The notes beneath the pieces were generated by a model, which saw only the letters and a program-made list of their open reading frames with translations, was not told the DNA's origin and ran no database searches. This document shows positions 40,157 through 47,927 of a stretch of 64,000 nucleotides of DNA, in pieces. The DNA lies in assembly GCA_964491345.1 (NCBI GenBank), contig CAZBFV010000001.1, positions 39,103 through 103,102 on the forward strand, in the 5' to 3' direction. Source of the stretch: an uncultured Muribaculaceae bacterium (GTDB taxonomy: Bacteria; Cyanobacteriota; Vampirovibrionia; Gastranaerophilales; Gastranaerophilaceae). Numbering within the stretch: the first letter of the stretch is position 1; every line of letters begins with the position of its first letter. The position numbers and the translations under genes were made by a program.

Positions 40157-42010
40157 TTATTTTATCATTTTATCGGCTTCTTTAATAGTCATAGGACCGC
40201 CGGAATTTAAAATATCCGCAAAATAATCCAATTTTCGGGTTAACCGGGTAGCCTGCCCGTTGTGTTTTGCTTTAATTGCTTTACTATAAGCATCAGGCAG
40301 ATTCAGCCCCTTGCCTTGCGCTAGATTTTCAAAATATTCACGCTGATAGTCTTTTGTAGCTCTATAAGACCAATTACCTTCCGTCGTATTTGGAATATTA
40401 ATTCTCCTGTTTTCTCCTAAAATGTCGGGCAGAGTCATAAACTGATTGCGTGTTGTAAAAAGTTCGCCTACAATAGCTTTAGCTCTTGCTTCTTTTGAAT
40501 GCTCCAGCTCTTCTCTGTTTAATTTTAAATCATGAGCCAAATAATCTGAGCGTGAATGAGCATGTTCTGCCTGTTCATCAAGCGAAGTATCATCATGAGT
40601 TCCAGGTCCTATGGTATAATCTCCGGGATCCATATTTTGATATTTATTATCTCCATAAGATTCATAATATTTGACACGACCCCAGTCGGGTTTTCCATAT
40701 CTTGTAATATGAGTTAAGGTTGTCCCTGTTGTGCCTACCGCATCTAAAGATTCGTACGAATTTCCGCCCAGTAATTCCAAAAATATTTTATCATGCGGAA
40801 CATTGTTATTGTCTGCAGCCTTTAGAATAATATTATTCAAAATATACATGTGATTATCAGGCACTTCAGGCATATAATCAAGCTTTCTTCCCAGTTTATT
40901 TCCGTTATTATCAAAAACGTCATTTCCCTGATAATCTTTTAGCGGTTCGCATAATAAGGGATTAATCAGCTGCCATGCGGCATCTATCCTGACCCCGTCG
41001 TATCTTTTAAAGAAAGTATCAAACTTATTGTAAAGAAGCTCGCCTGCTTCCGTATCCAATTTATTGAAATCAACAGCGGGCGACCAGCAGGAATAATTTC
41101 CGTCCCCGATATCACAGCCGAATTCCGTATCCGGAGCAAATGCGGATTTATGCGCCCAATAATCTTTTTGAGAGAAGCCTATTTTAGAATCCCCGTAAAC
41201 ATCAATGCCCAGCTTATTATATTCCGCTTTTGCTTCTTTCTGCTGTTTATCGGCTATAAATTGAACAAATTCTTCATAATCTACAACATTAAATCCGTAT
41301 TCATCCTGAACTTTTTTTAATTGATTAATACGCTTTGTATCACCTTTTGGAGTATCAAATACATTTTGGTCCTGCAAACTCCACGTTTTCATATCCTCTG
41401 AGCCGTTTACAGCTGCTGCAGCTTCATACAGCGCATCACGTTCGAGCCAGTATGAATTATCTTTTTTAAACTGTTTAAATTCCTGTTTTAAAGGCGAAGT
41501 TTCATCAAGCGTTTTAAACCTTGAATATGCTTTTTTGAGAACTGCATTTTGGCCGTCCGGAGCAAATATATTATTATAATCAACCGTATCCTGCTTTTTT
41601 ACCCTGTTGAAAAACGGCGCTTTGTAATCCTGCTTAGCCAGCAGATTACCGTAAGAATCATCTTTTAATTTTGTTAAATCTATTAAGTGCCTCCCTAAAG
41701 AAAAACTTGTTCCGGAATACGGAGAACGAACATAGTTGGATATTTCTCCCTGAGGCTGAACCTGAACGGAATTTATATCGCACATAGTGTTTAAAAACTT
41801 TACCATTTCGACAGCTTCTTTCGAAAAGCCGGTGCCTATACCCGTATTTTTTTCACCTGACGGCGCCGAAAAATCAAAAATCACAGCCGTCGTTTTATCA
41901 AGCCCTAACTGATTTCTTGCTTCTTTTTTTATATCCCCGAACTCTTTCAATTCTTTTGCGGCCAATGCACGACCAAAAGAAACTTGCCTGTTAACAGCAG
42001 AAATTTTCAT
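40157..42010 (-). CDS. GH77 4-alpha-glucanotransferase (amylomaltase)-like protein with N-terminal leader
   Basis: GIGTGFSKEAVEMVKFL...VQVQPQGE..RSPYSGTSFSLGRHLIDL matches the GH77 N-terminal block. Also IDVYGDSKIGFS, GVRIDAAWQL, LELLGG and GPGTHDDTS (cf. THDN). The extra leader is MKISAVNRQVSFGRA. Confidence 0.75.
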   Translation of the reverse strand: MKISAVNRQVSFGRALAAKELKEFGDIKKEARNQLGLDKTTAVIFDFSAPSGEKNTGIGTGFSKEAVEMVKFLNTMCDINSVQVQPQGEISNYVRSPYSGTSFSLGRHLIDLTKLKDDSYGNLLAKQDYKAPFFNRVKKQDTVDYNNIFAPDGQNAVLKKAYSRFKTLDETSPLKQEFKQFKKDNSYWLERDALYEAAAAVNGSEDMKTWSLQDQNVFDTPKGDTKRINQLKKVQDEYGFNVVDYEEFVQFIADKQQKEAKAEYNKLGIDVYGDSKIGFSQKDYWAHKSAFAPDTEFGCDIGDGNYSCWSPAVDFNKLDTEAGELLYNKFDTFFKRYDGVRIDAAWQLINPLLCEPLKDYQGNDVFDNNGNKLGRKLDYMPEVPDNHMYILNNIILKAADNNNVPHDKIFLELLGGNSYESLDAVGTTGTTLTHITRYGKPDWGRVKYYESYGDNKYQNMDPGDYTIGPGTHDDTSLDEQAEHAHSRSDYLAHDLKLNREELEHSKEARAKAIVGELFTTRNQFMTLPDILGENRRINIPNTTEGNWSYRATKDYQREYFENLAQGKGLNLPDAYSKAIKAKHNGQATRLTRKLDYFADILNSGGPMTIKEADKMIK

Positions 42011-42274
42011 ATTTTATATTTTACTCCTAATCTATAAGACCATTAATTATAATGCCTGAAAAAATTTTATTTGTCAGTATTGTTACAAAACTTATTAAAA
42101 TTATCCGCTTATTTGCCTGTTCTGCAAAGAGAACACCGGACAATAAAGCATGCCTTATGCTTAGTTCTGCCGGTTTTTCTTTTTTCCTCCCGCTTTTTTC
42201 CAGTTTCTGCCTGCCGTAAAAAACGTTTGTTGCATATAGCATAAAAATAAACGATTTCCCTTTACCTGCGGATA

Positions 42275-42283
42275 TGTTATAAT
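42275..42283 (+). promoter_or_regulatory. candidate extended -10 promoter element (TGTTATAAT) for ORF 42316
   Basis: A perfect TGnTATAAT lies 33 nt upstream of the ATG at 42316. No convincing -35 was seen. Confidence 0.4.
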
Positions 42284-42315
42284 CAGCAAGCTGAAGGTGT
42301 GGAAAAAGCGGAAAT

Positions 42316-43275
42316 ATGAAAATAATAAATAAAATAATAAAAACTATTATTATTAGTTTGATTTTTTTAATTATAGGATTTATTTTTATAGAATATTTTT
42401 TATATACATATTTTATTTCAAATGAAAATTACAGTATTAAAAATGATATTAAAAATTATATTCAAAGCCATAAATTAATTAAATTTGATGACCTTTATAA
42501 AGAAAAAAAAGAAAAAAATTATTTTAGAGATACAATAATACAAAATTCTACATCCCCGCCGATATTGATATTTGGCTGTTCTTTCGGATACGGTTTCAAA
42601 TTAAGAAAAGAGCAGGCTTTTGCATATAAACTGGCAAAAATTACAAATAGAACCGTTTATAACCGTTCCATATCAAGTTATGATTTTCAATATATGCCTT
42701 ATGTTCTTGAACATATGGATATTAAAAATGAATTACTTCAAGATTTTGGAGAAACAAAACAACCGGAATATATTATTTTTGTTTTAATTGATAACCATTT
42801 ATACAGGCAATACCGCTATTTTATCGGCGCTGATCAACCCTATGAGGACATTCATTACAAAAAGACTAATAATACTTTAACATACTGCAAACCTAAAACA
42901 TTTATATTCAGTTTTCCTATATTTAGATTTATATATGAACATTATTCATGGATAGCATATAAGAGAAAAGATTTCTCTGAAACATTTAGTCTTATGAAAT
43001 TACATTTTGAAAAAACAAAGGCAATTGTTGATAAAAAGTTTCCCGGAACTAAAATCGTAATTTTAAATTATGAGGGTTGGAAAGATTCTGAATTACAAAA
43101 TAGAAAAATATGGAAAGAATTTGAAGATGAAGGTTTTATTGTCATTCACACATCAAAAATAACTAATGAATTCTTGTATCTGGATAAATATAAAATTCCA
43201 AATGACGTACATCCGAATGAAAAGGCTTGGGACTTAATTGTTCCGGCTTTAGCAAAAGAATTAAATCTTATTTAA
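42316..43275 (+). CDS. membrane-anchored hypothetical protein, possibly SGNH/GDSL-like hydrolase
   Basis: N-terminal TM helix. ILIFGCSFGYG resembles SGNH block I (with Cys-Ser) and NDVHPNEKAW resembles block V (DxxH). Assignment is weak. Confidence 0.5.
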   Translation: MKIINKIIKTIIISLIFLIIGFIFIEYFLYTYFISNENYSIKNDIKNYIQSHKLIKFDDLYKEKKEKNYFRDTIIQNSTSPPILIFGCSFGYGFKLRKEQAFAYKLAKITNRTVYNRSISSYDFQYMPYVLEHMDIKNELLQDFGETKQPEYIIFVLIDNHLYRQYRYFIGADQPYEDIHYKKTNNTLTYCKPKTFIFSFPIFRFIYEHYSWIAYKRKDFSETFSLMKLHFEKTKAIVDKKFPGTKIVILNYEGWKDSELQNRKIWKEFEDEGFIVIHTSKITNEFLYLDKYKIPNDVHPNEKAWDLIVPALAKELNLI

Positions 43276-43323
43276 ACTGTATTTTCCCCCTCACGTTTTT
43301 TCCGCCTCATTTTATCTTCCCGC

Positions 43324-43342
43324 TTTTTTTTCCCCCCCCCCC
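43324..43342. repeat. homopolymer pair T8-C11
   Basis: Direct reading: gc-tttttttt-ccccccccccc-g, 49 nt downstream of the stop at 43275. Confidence 0.95.
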
Positions 43343-43577
43343 GAAAAACTACAATGCACGTCCACTCGCCGCCTTAGATTAAGCACCCGTCAAAGGTCAT
43401 GAAAAATCGATAATTATTTCGCAAAAACCTTTGCAGTTTCAAGATGATGAACGGGGTACAATATGTACAATATTACACCCTCCTCTTGCTTCTTTCAAAC
43501 CCGCTTCACAAGCCGATTGCCAAAATAACCGCATCATCTGCTCTAACCAAACCGCCTGATAAATACAGAAACACAGT

Positions 43578-43604
43578 AAAACAGCTTATATTTCAAGCTG
43601 TTTT
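43578..43604 (-). terminator. intrinsic terminator downstream of tRNA-Arg
   Basis: AAAACAGCTT / AAGCTGTTTT 10-bp stem with a 7-nt loop. U-run on the minus-strand transcript. Confidence 0.65.
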
Positions 43605-43609
43605 AAATA

Positions 43610-43683
43610 CGCACCCTGAGGGATTCGAACCCCCGACCTCCTGGTTCGTAGCCAGACGCTCTATCCAGCTGAGCTAAGGGCGC
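43610..43683 (-). tRNA. tRNA-Arg (anticodon ACG)
   Basis: The reverse complement folds as a cloverleaf: acceptor GCGCCCT/AGGGTGC, D-arm GCTC..GAGC, anticodon stem TCTGG/CCAGG with loop CTACGAA, and T-arm GGGGG-TTCGAAT-CCCTC. No encoded CCA. Confidence 0.93.
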
Positions 43684-44010
43684 ATTTTATATTTTACCAA
43701 ACCTTTAATCTCTGTTTTTAGCTTCAGATTGCAAAATCAACTTTAGCTGAACTAACAAAAATCTTCAAGTTTCAAGTATAAATTTCTATCTAATTCATCA
43801 AACTTTCTATACTTATCTTAAAAAATAGAGCAAGTATTATCTTCTATATAATATAACATAATTTTTGTTAATCAAGCAATTAAAAAAAAAGCTGCTATGC
43901 AGCTGATACTTAATAATCTTGGGAGGAGATTTGGGGATTTGTTACAATTATAATAATTCGAAACAGCCCAAATGTTTATAATTTTTCTTATAATTTTAAT
44001 AAAAATTTAC

Positions 44011-44040
44011 ATTATATTGATTTATATTAATTTATATTAA
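44011..44040. repeat. three tandem 10-bp units (ATTATATTGA, TTTATATTAA, TTTATATTAA)
   Basis: Direct reading. Located 59-88 nt upstream of the GT2 gene start. Confidence 0.8.
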
Positions 44041-44098
44041 TTTTTCTTTACTGGAAAATTTTTTCTTTTTTCATTAAAATCATCTAGTGAGGTGTTAT

Positions 44099-45664
44099 AT
44101 GTTAAATAACTTATATTTAGTCGTACTTATATTATTATTTTTATATGTAATTTTGTTTACTGTTTATTTCTGCATAATAGTGTGTGCAAGTTATATGAAT
44201 TTTTCTAAAAAAGATGAACCGGAAGTACAAAAAGAATATAAAAATATTATAGTTATTATATATTCTCATAATAATGAAAAGACAGTTGTCAATCTGCTTG
44301 AACAGCTTAATAAGCAGGATTATCCGAAAGGAAATTATCAGGTTCATATAATTCTTGATAATTGCTGTGATAACTCGTCAAATAAACTTGAGTTTGTCGG
44401 CGGTGCTAAATTATGGAGATTGACTGATGATGCTCCGCTCGGCAAAGATAAAGCAATATCATGGCTTTTGGAAAATCTTATGTCGTTTAAGAAGGTTGAT
44501 GCTTATGTATTTTTAGGCGCAACGAGAAATGTTAAATCTGATTTTATTGCAAATATTAATGAAGCGCTTCAAAAAAATTCTGTTATTGTCGGTTCAACGG
44601 AGATATTTTTGGAAGGTGCGGATTTTTATGATACGGTCTGGTTTAATGTTAATAAATATAACAGCAATGTTATGAAAAACGGGCGGTCAAAATTAGGGCT
44701 TGCAGTTCCAATCGATTCTGATATTACGGTTATAAAACATGAAGTATTGGAAAAAGTTCAATGCATAGACTTTAAAAATGCTAATTCTGAATTAAAATAT
44801 TCGTTCCTGTTGACAAGCGTAAATGCTGTTCCGGCGTTTGCGCCCTATGTTAAAACCTATGTTTCATCCTCTGACTATGAATTAAAAAGACCGTCATTTC
44901 CGTTTAAAATGTCATTATTTTTGCACTGTGCAGGTATAAAATCTCTTTTTAACTTTAAGTTTGCGGAATTTCTATTTTCATTATTTAAGCCTAATCCGTT
45001 AGTTTTGGCTTCAATAATCGTCTTAACGGGAATTTATTCGTTTAATTATTATTTTCTTTTTGATTTTCCATGGGCAGTTGTAATTGCTGTTGTTCTGTTA
45101 TTTGCATTTATTGCATCTGTATATAAATCTGATTTGTATTTTAAGTCGCTTTTTTATCTCGTATTCTGCCCGTTTTTTACATTGAAAGATTTATTGTGCG
45201 AATTAAAATTTGTTAAAAAAATGTTTAATTTTGCAGGCAGAAAACAAAAAACCGGCATTGAAAAAATGACAGTTCCGGTTGCTGTTACAAATGGAAAGAG
45301 TACATTTTCCTGCTCTATAGATTTGATTTCCGAAGACGGGTTTAAAAAGGCTGTTTTTAGATATAAGAATAAAAAACAGGAAACTCAGCAGGGCTATGTA
45401 AGAATGTGTGATGCCGTTAAAAATATATCCGATATATTGTTTCAGCACGGTTTTAGAATAAAAATCTGCCAATCGTGTTCATATTTTTCGCAGAAAGTAG
45501 ACGGAACGAATAATATGGTTAAAGGATACTGCAATATGCCCGATATGCAGAACATGAATTATTCGGATTATCCCGAAACATTGCTTTGGTCGTCATGTGA
45601 TAAATATATTCCTGCCGAAGTTACAAATGTTATAGATATAGCAAATTATATTAAAGATAAATAA
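44099..45664 (+). CDS. family 2 glycosyltransferase, membrane-integrated, with Cys-containing C-terminal cytoplasmic domain
   Basis: ATG at 44099 preceded by GAGGTG. IVIIYSHNNEKTVVNLLEQL..QDYP...HIILDNCCDNS GT-A fold, 4 or more TM segments, and C-terminal CQSCSYF..GYC..WSSC. Confidence 0.75.
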   Translation: MLNNLYLVVLILLFLYVILFTVYFCIIVCASYMNFSKKDEPEVQKEYKNIIVIIYSHNNEKTVVNLLEQLNKQDYPKGNYQVHIILDNCCDNSSNKLEFVGGAKLWRLTDDAPLGKDKAISWLLENLMSFKKVDAYVFLGATRNVKSDFIANINEALQKNSVIVGSTEIFLEGADFYDTVWFNVNKYNSNVMKNGRSKLGLAVPIDSDITVIKHEVLEKVQCIDFKNANSELKYSFLLTSVNAVPAFAPYVKTYVSSSDYELKRPSFPFKMSLFLHCAGIKSLFNFKFAEFLFSLFKPNPLVLASIIVLTGIYSFNYYFLFDFPWAVVIAVVLLFAFIASVYKSDLYFKSLFYLVFCPFFTLKDLLCELKFVKKMFNFAGRKQKTGIEKMTVPVAVTNGKSTFSCSIDLISEDGFKKAVFRYKNKKQETQQGYVRMCDAVKNISDILFQHGFRIKICQSCSYFSQKVDGTNNMVKGYCNMPDMQNMNYSDYPETLLWSSCDKYIPAEVTNVIDIANYIKDK

Positions 45665-45681
45665 AACCGGAGAAGAATTAA

Positions 45682-46398
45682 ATGTTATTAGGCGTAAATA
45701 TAGACCACGTTGCCACATTAAGAAATGCAAGGGGAGGATATGAACCTTCCGTTATTGAATCTGCAGTAATATGTGAAAAAGCAGGTGCAGACGGTATTAC
45801 AGTCCATCTGAGAGAAGACCGCAGGCATATTGTTGATGATGATGTGTTTAGAATTAAAAAAGAAATTAATTGCAGGTTAAATTTAGAAATGGCATTGACG
45901 GATGAAATGCAGAAAATTGCATTGGAACTGCATCCCCAAGCCTGCTGCATCGTTCCGGAAAAAAGAGCAGAAATTACTACGGAAGGCGGGCTTGATGTAT
46001 TTTCAATGCAGGAAAAAATCAGCAGGTTTATAAAACCGCTTTTATCCGATGGAATTGATGTAAGTTTATTTATTGAGCCTTCTTTTGAGCAGGTTATTGC
46101 ATCTGCAAAAACAGGAGTCAGGTTTGTTGAACTGCATACAGGCGCATATTCAAGAGCTTTCGGGCATGAAAACGAAGAAGAAGAATTTTTAAAGCTGAAA
46201 GATTCAGCTGAAACAGCCCGTGATAACGGTTTGATTGTAAATGCCGGGCATGGGCTGAATTATAAAAATGTATATAAAATGAAAGAAATAGACGGCATTC
46301 ATGAACTTAATATAGGTCATACAATTATATCAAGGGCTGTTTACGTAGGATTGGAAAATGCTGTCAAAGAAATGTTATCAATTGTTAAAAATTTTTAA
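45682..46398 (+). CDS. pdxJ: pyridoxine 5'-phosphate synthase
   Basis: LGVNIDHVATLRNARG, ITVHLREDRRHI, EMA.T.EM, VELHTG.Y and AGHGLNY. Confidence 0.96.
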   Translation: MLLGVNIDHVATLRNARGGYEPSVIESAVICEKAGADGITVHLREDRRHIVDDDVFRIKKEINCRLNLEMALTDEMQKIALELHPQACCIVPEKRAEITTEGGLDVFSMQEKISRFIKPLLSDGIDVSLFIEPSFEQVIASAKTGVRFVELHTGAYSRAFGHENEEEEFLKLKDSAETARDNGLIVNAGHGLNYKNVYKMKEIDGIHELNIGHTIISRAVYVGLENAVKEMLSIVKNF

Positions 46399-46470
46399 TA
46401 AAATTTTTTAATTAAGTCAAAAAAATTTTATTATATGTTTTAATATGAATGTAATATATGTGAGGGAAAT

Positions 46471-46959
46471 ATGGACTCGGTTTATTCAGAAATGATTACG
46501 GAACAAAACAAAATGAGGGGAAGTTCTGCTTCTGCTTATTCTGCCAGAAAGACTCCGGATGTCAAAATGAATGATGCTTTGCCTCCGGCATCCGCAGATG
46601 TGTCTGCAAAAGGTGATACATTTGAAACATCGGAAGCAAAAGAACCTAAAAAAAGAAAAGGACCTATAAAAGCATTAAAATCAATGATTGCAAATGTCAA
46701 GAAATTTGGCGCTTCTACTGCTGAATATTCTAAAGGATTGATTAAAGGCTTAGGTTTCGGAGTTGTTGCGGGTTCTGTACTTTATACCGGCGGGGAAGCA
46801 GTGAAACATTTTAAACCCAAAGCAAAAGTTCCGAATAAATTATTGGCAGGGCTTGTATTAGCCGGTTCAATAGCCGTAAATATGTGGAATGCTTCATTAA
46901 ATGCAACGGAGAAAAATTCGGAGATAGACCACAGATGGTTAGGGCATAAAAATAAATAA
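46471..46959 (+). CDS. hypothetical membrane protein
   Basis: 162 aa. Polar/basic N-terminal half and two predicted TM helices (GLGFGVVAGSVLY, LLAGLVLAGSIAV). Confidence 0.5.
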   Translation: MDSVYSEMITEQNKMRGSSASAYSARKTPDVKMNDALPPASADVSAKGDTFETSEAKEPKKRKGPIKALKSMIANVKKFGASTAEYSKGLIKGLGFGVVAGSVLYTGGEAVKHFKPKAKVPNKLLAGLVLAGSIAVNMWNASLNATEKNSEIDHRWLGHKNK

Positions 46960-46981
46960 ATAATAAACAGAAATATTAAAT

Positions 46982-47018
46982 AAAACAGGTTTTTTATACA
47001 GCCTGTTTTATTTTTTTG
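46982..47018 (+). terminator. candidate intrinsic terminator
   Basis: AAAACAGG / CCTGTTTT stem with a 12-nt loop, followed by ATTTTTTT. Confidence 0.5.
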
Positions 47019-47074
47019 TATTAATATGTTATAATTGAATTCAAAACTGTTATATAACCGGAGGTAATATTAAT

Positions 47075-47833
47075 ATGAGCAGAATAGATTTATTTAAGAA
47101 GGATGTGGAAGCAAAAAAGGCAATAAAAGTAATTGCAGGCATAGATAATTTTGATATTGAAAGCATAAAAAATGTTGTATCCGCTGCGGAAATGGGCGGA
47201 GCAAGCGCTGTTGATATTTGTTATAACGAAAAAATTATATCAGCGGTTAAAGAAATGACAAGTTTGCCTGTTTTTGTTTCATCAATTGATCCTTATGAAC
47301 TTGCAGATGCCGTAAGATTAGGTGCTGATGCAATTGAAATAGGCAACTTTGATGCTTTATATAAGAAAGGGCATAAGGTCAGCGCCGGACAGGTAATAAG
47401 CATAGCAGACAAAACTTTGGAGCTTTTAAACGGCCGGAAAACATATATTTGTGTAACTGTACCGGGACATATAGAAATTTCGGAACAAATTTCTTTAGCC
47501 ATGAAACTGGAAGAAATGAATATTGATTTAATTCAAACTGAAGGCTCTGCAACTGTTGCGCCTTCAAAATCAGGTGCAAGAGGGCTTCTGCAGACCGCAG
47601 AAGTATCAATTTCAAACACAATTGAGCTGGCCAGAAATACTTCAATTCCGATAATGACATCTTCCGGAATTTCGACAACAACGGCTCCTATGGCGTTTAC
47701 TGCAGGTGCAAGCGCAATCGGCGTTGGTTCTTGTGTTAATAAGCTGAATTCAACAATAGCAATGGTTGCAGTGGTTAAATCACTTGTCGAGTCTGTTCCG
47801 CATGTTGTAAAATCCGGACTTATTAAAGTATAA
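47075..47833 (+). CDS. ycf23: Ycf23 / DUF561 family protein
   Basis: IKVIAGIDNFD...VVSAAEMGGASAVDI..., PVFVSSIDP, GADAIEIGNFDALY, ICVTVPGH and IDLIQTEG follow the plastid/cyanobacterial Ycf23 pattern as I recall it. Confidence 0.8.
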   Translation: MSRIDLFKKDVEAKKAIKVIAGIDNFDIESIKNVVSAAEMGGASAVDICYNEKIISAVKEMTSLPVFVSSIDPYELADAVRLGADAIEIGNFDALYKKGHKVSAGQVISIADKTLELLNGRKTYICVTVPGHIEISEQISLAMKLEEMNIDLIQTEGSATVAPSKSGARGLLQTAEVSISNTIELARNTSIPIMTSSGISTTTAPMAFTAGASAIGVGSCVNKLNSTIAMVAVVKSLVESVPHVVKSGLIKV

Positions 47834-47841
47834 ATTTTATG

Positions 47842-47878
47842 CAGGGAGCGGGGGAAAACATCCCGCTCCTGTTTTTTT
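47842..47878 (+). terminator. intrinsic terminator after ycf23-like gene
   Basis: CAGGGAGCGGG / CCCGCTCCTG GC-rich stem (one bulge) followed by T7. Confidence 0.8.
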
Positions 47879-47927
47879 GGAGTGTTTTTTGAATTTTCCA
47901 TTGGATAAATCTGTTAAATATAAATTA

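Noticed and set aside
42027-42242. 71-aa ORF in the divergent region between the GH77 gene and ORF 42316
   Set aside because: It is antisense to a pyrimidine-rich low-complexity tract, has no SD, is basic with low complexity, and overlaps the likely promoter region.
43455-43472. Tandem 9-mer GTACAATAT x2 downstream of tRNA-Arg as a possible att or recombination site
   Set aside because: Only two copies are present, no partner site was seen elsewhere in the window, and such a duplication is easily produced by chance or slippage in AT-rich DNA.
43444-43677. 77-aa ORF on the + strand
   Set aside because: Its 3' third is antisense to a well-folding tRNA-Arg gene (43610..43683), and the rest runs through the tRNA terminator and low-complexity intergenic sequence. 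It has no SD and is judged spurious.
47877-47927. TTG start at 47877 for the Toprim-domain gene
   Set aside because: The TTG lies within the T-run of the ycf23-like terminator, so transcripts from upstream should end there. The first ATG (47928) is preferred, although it lacks a clear SD, so the true start remains uncertain.
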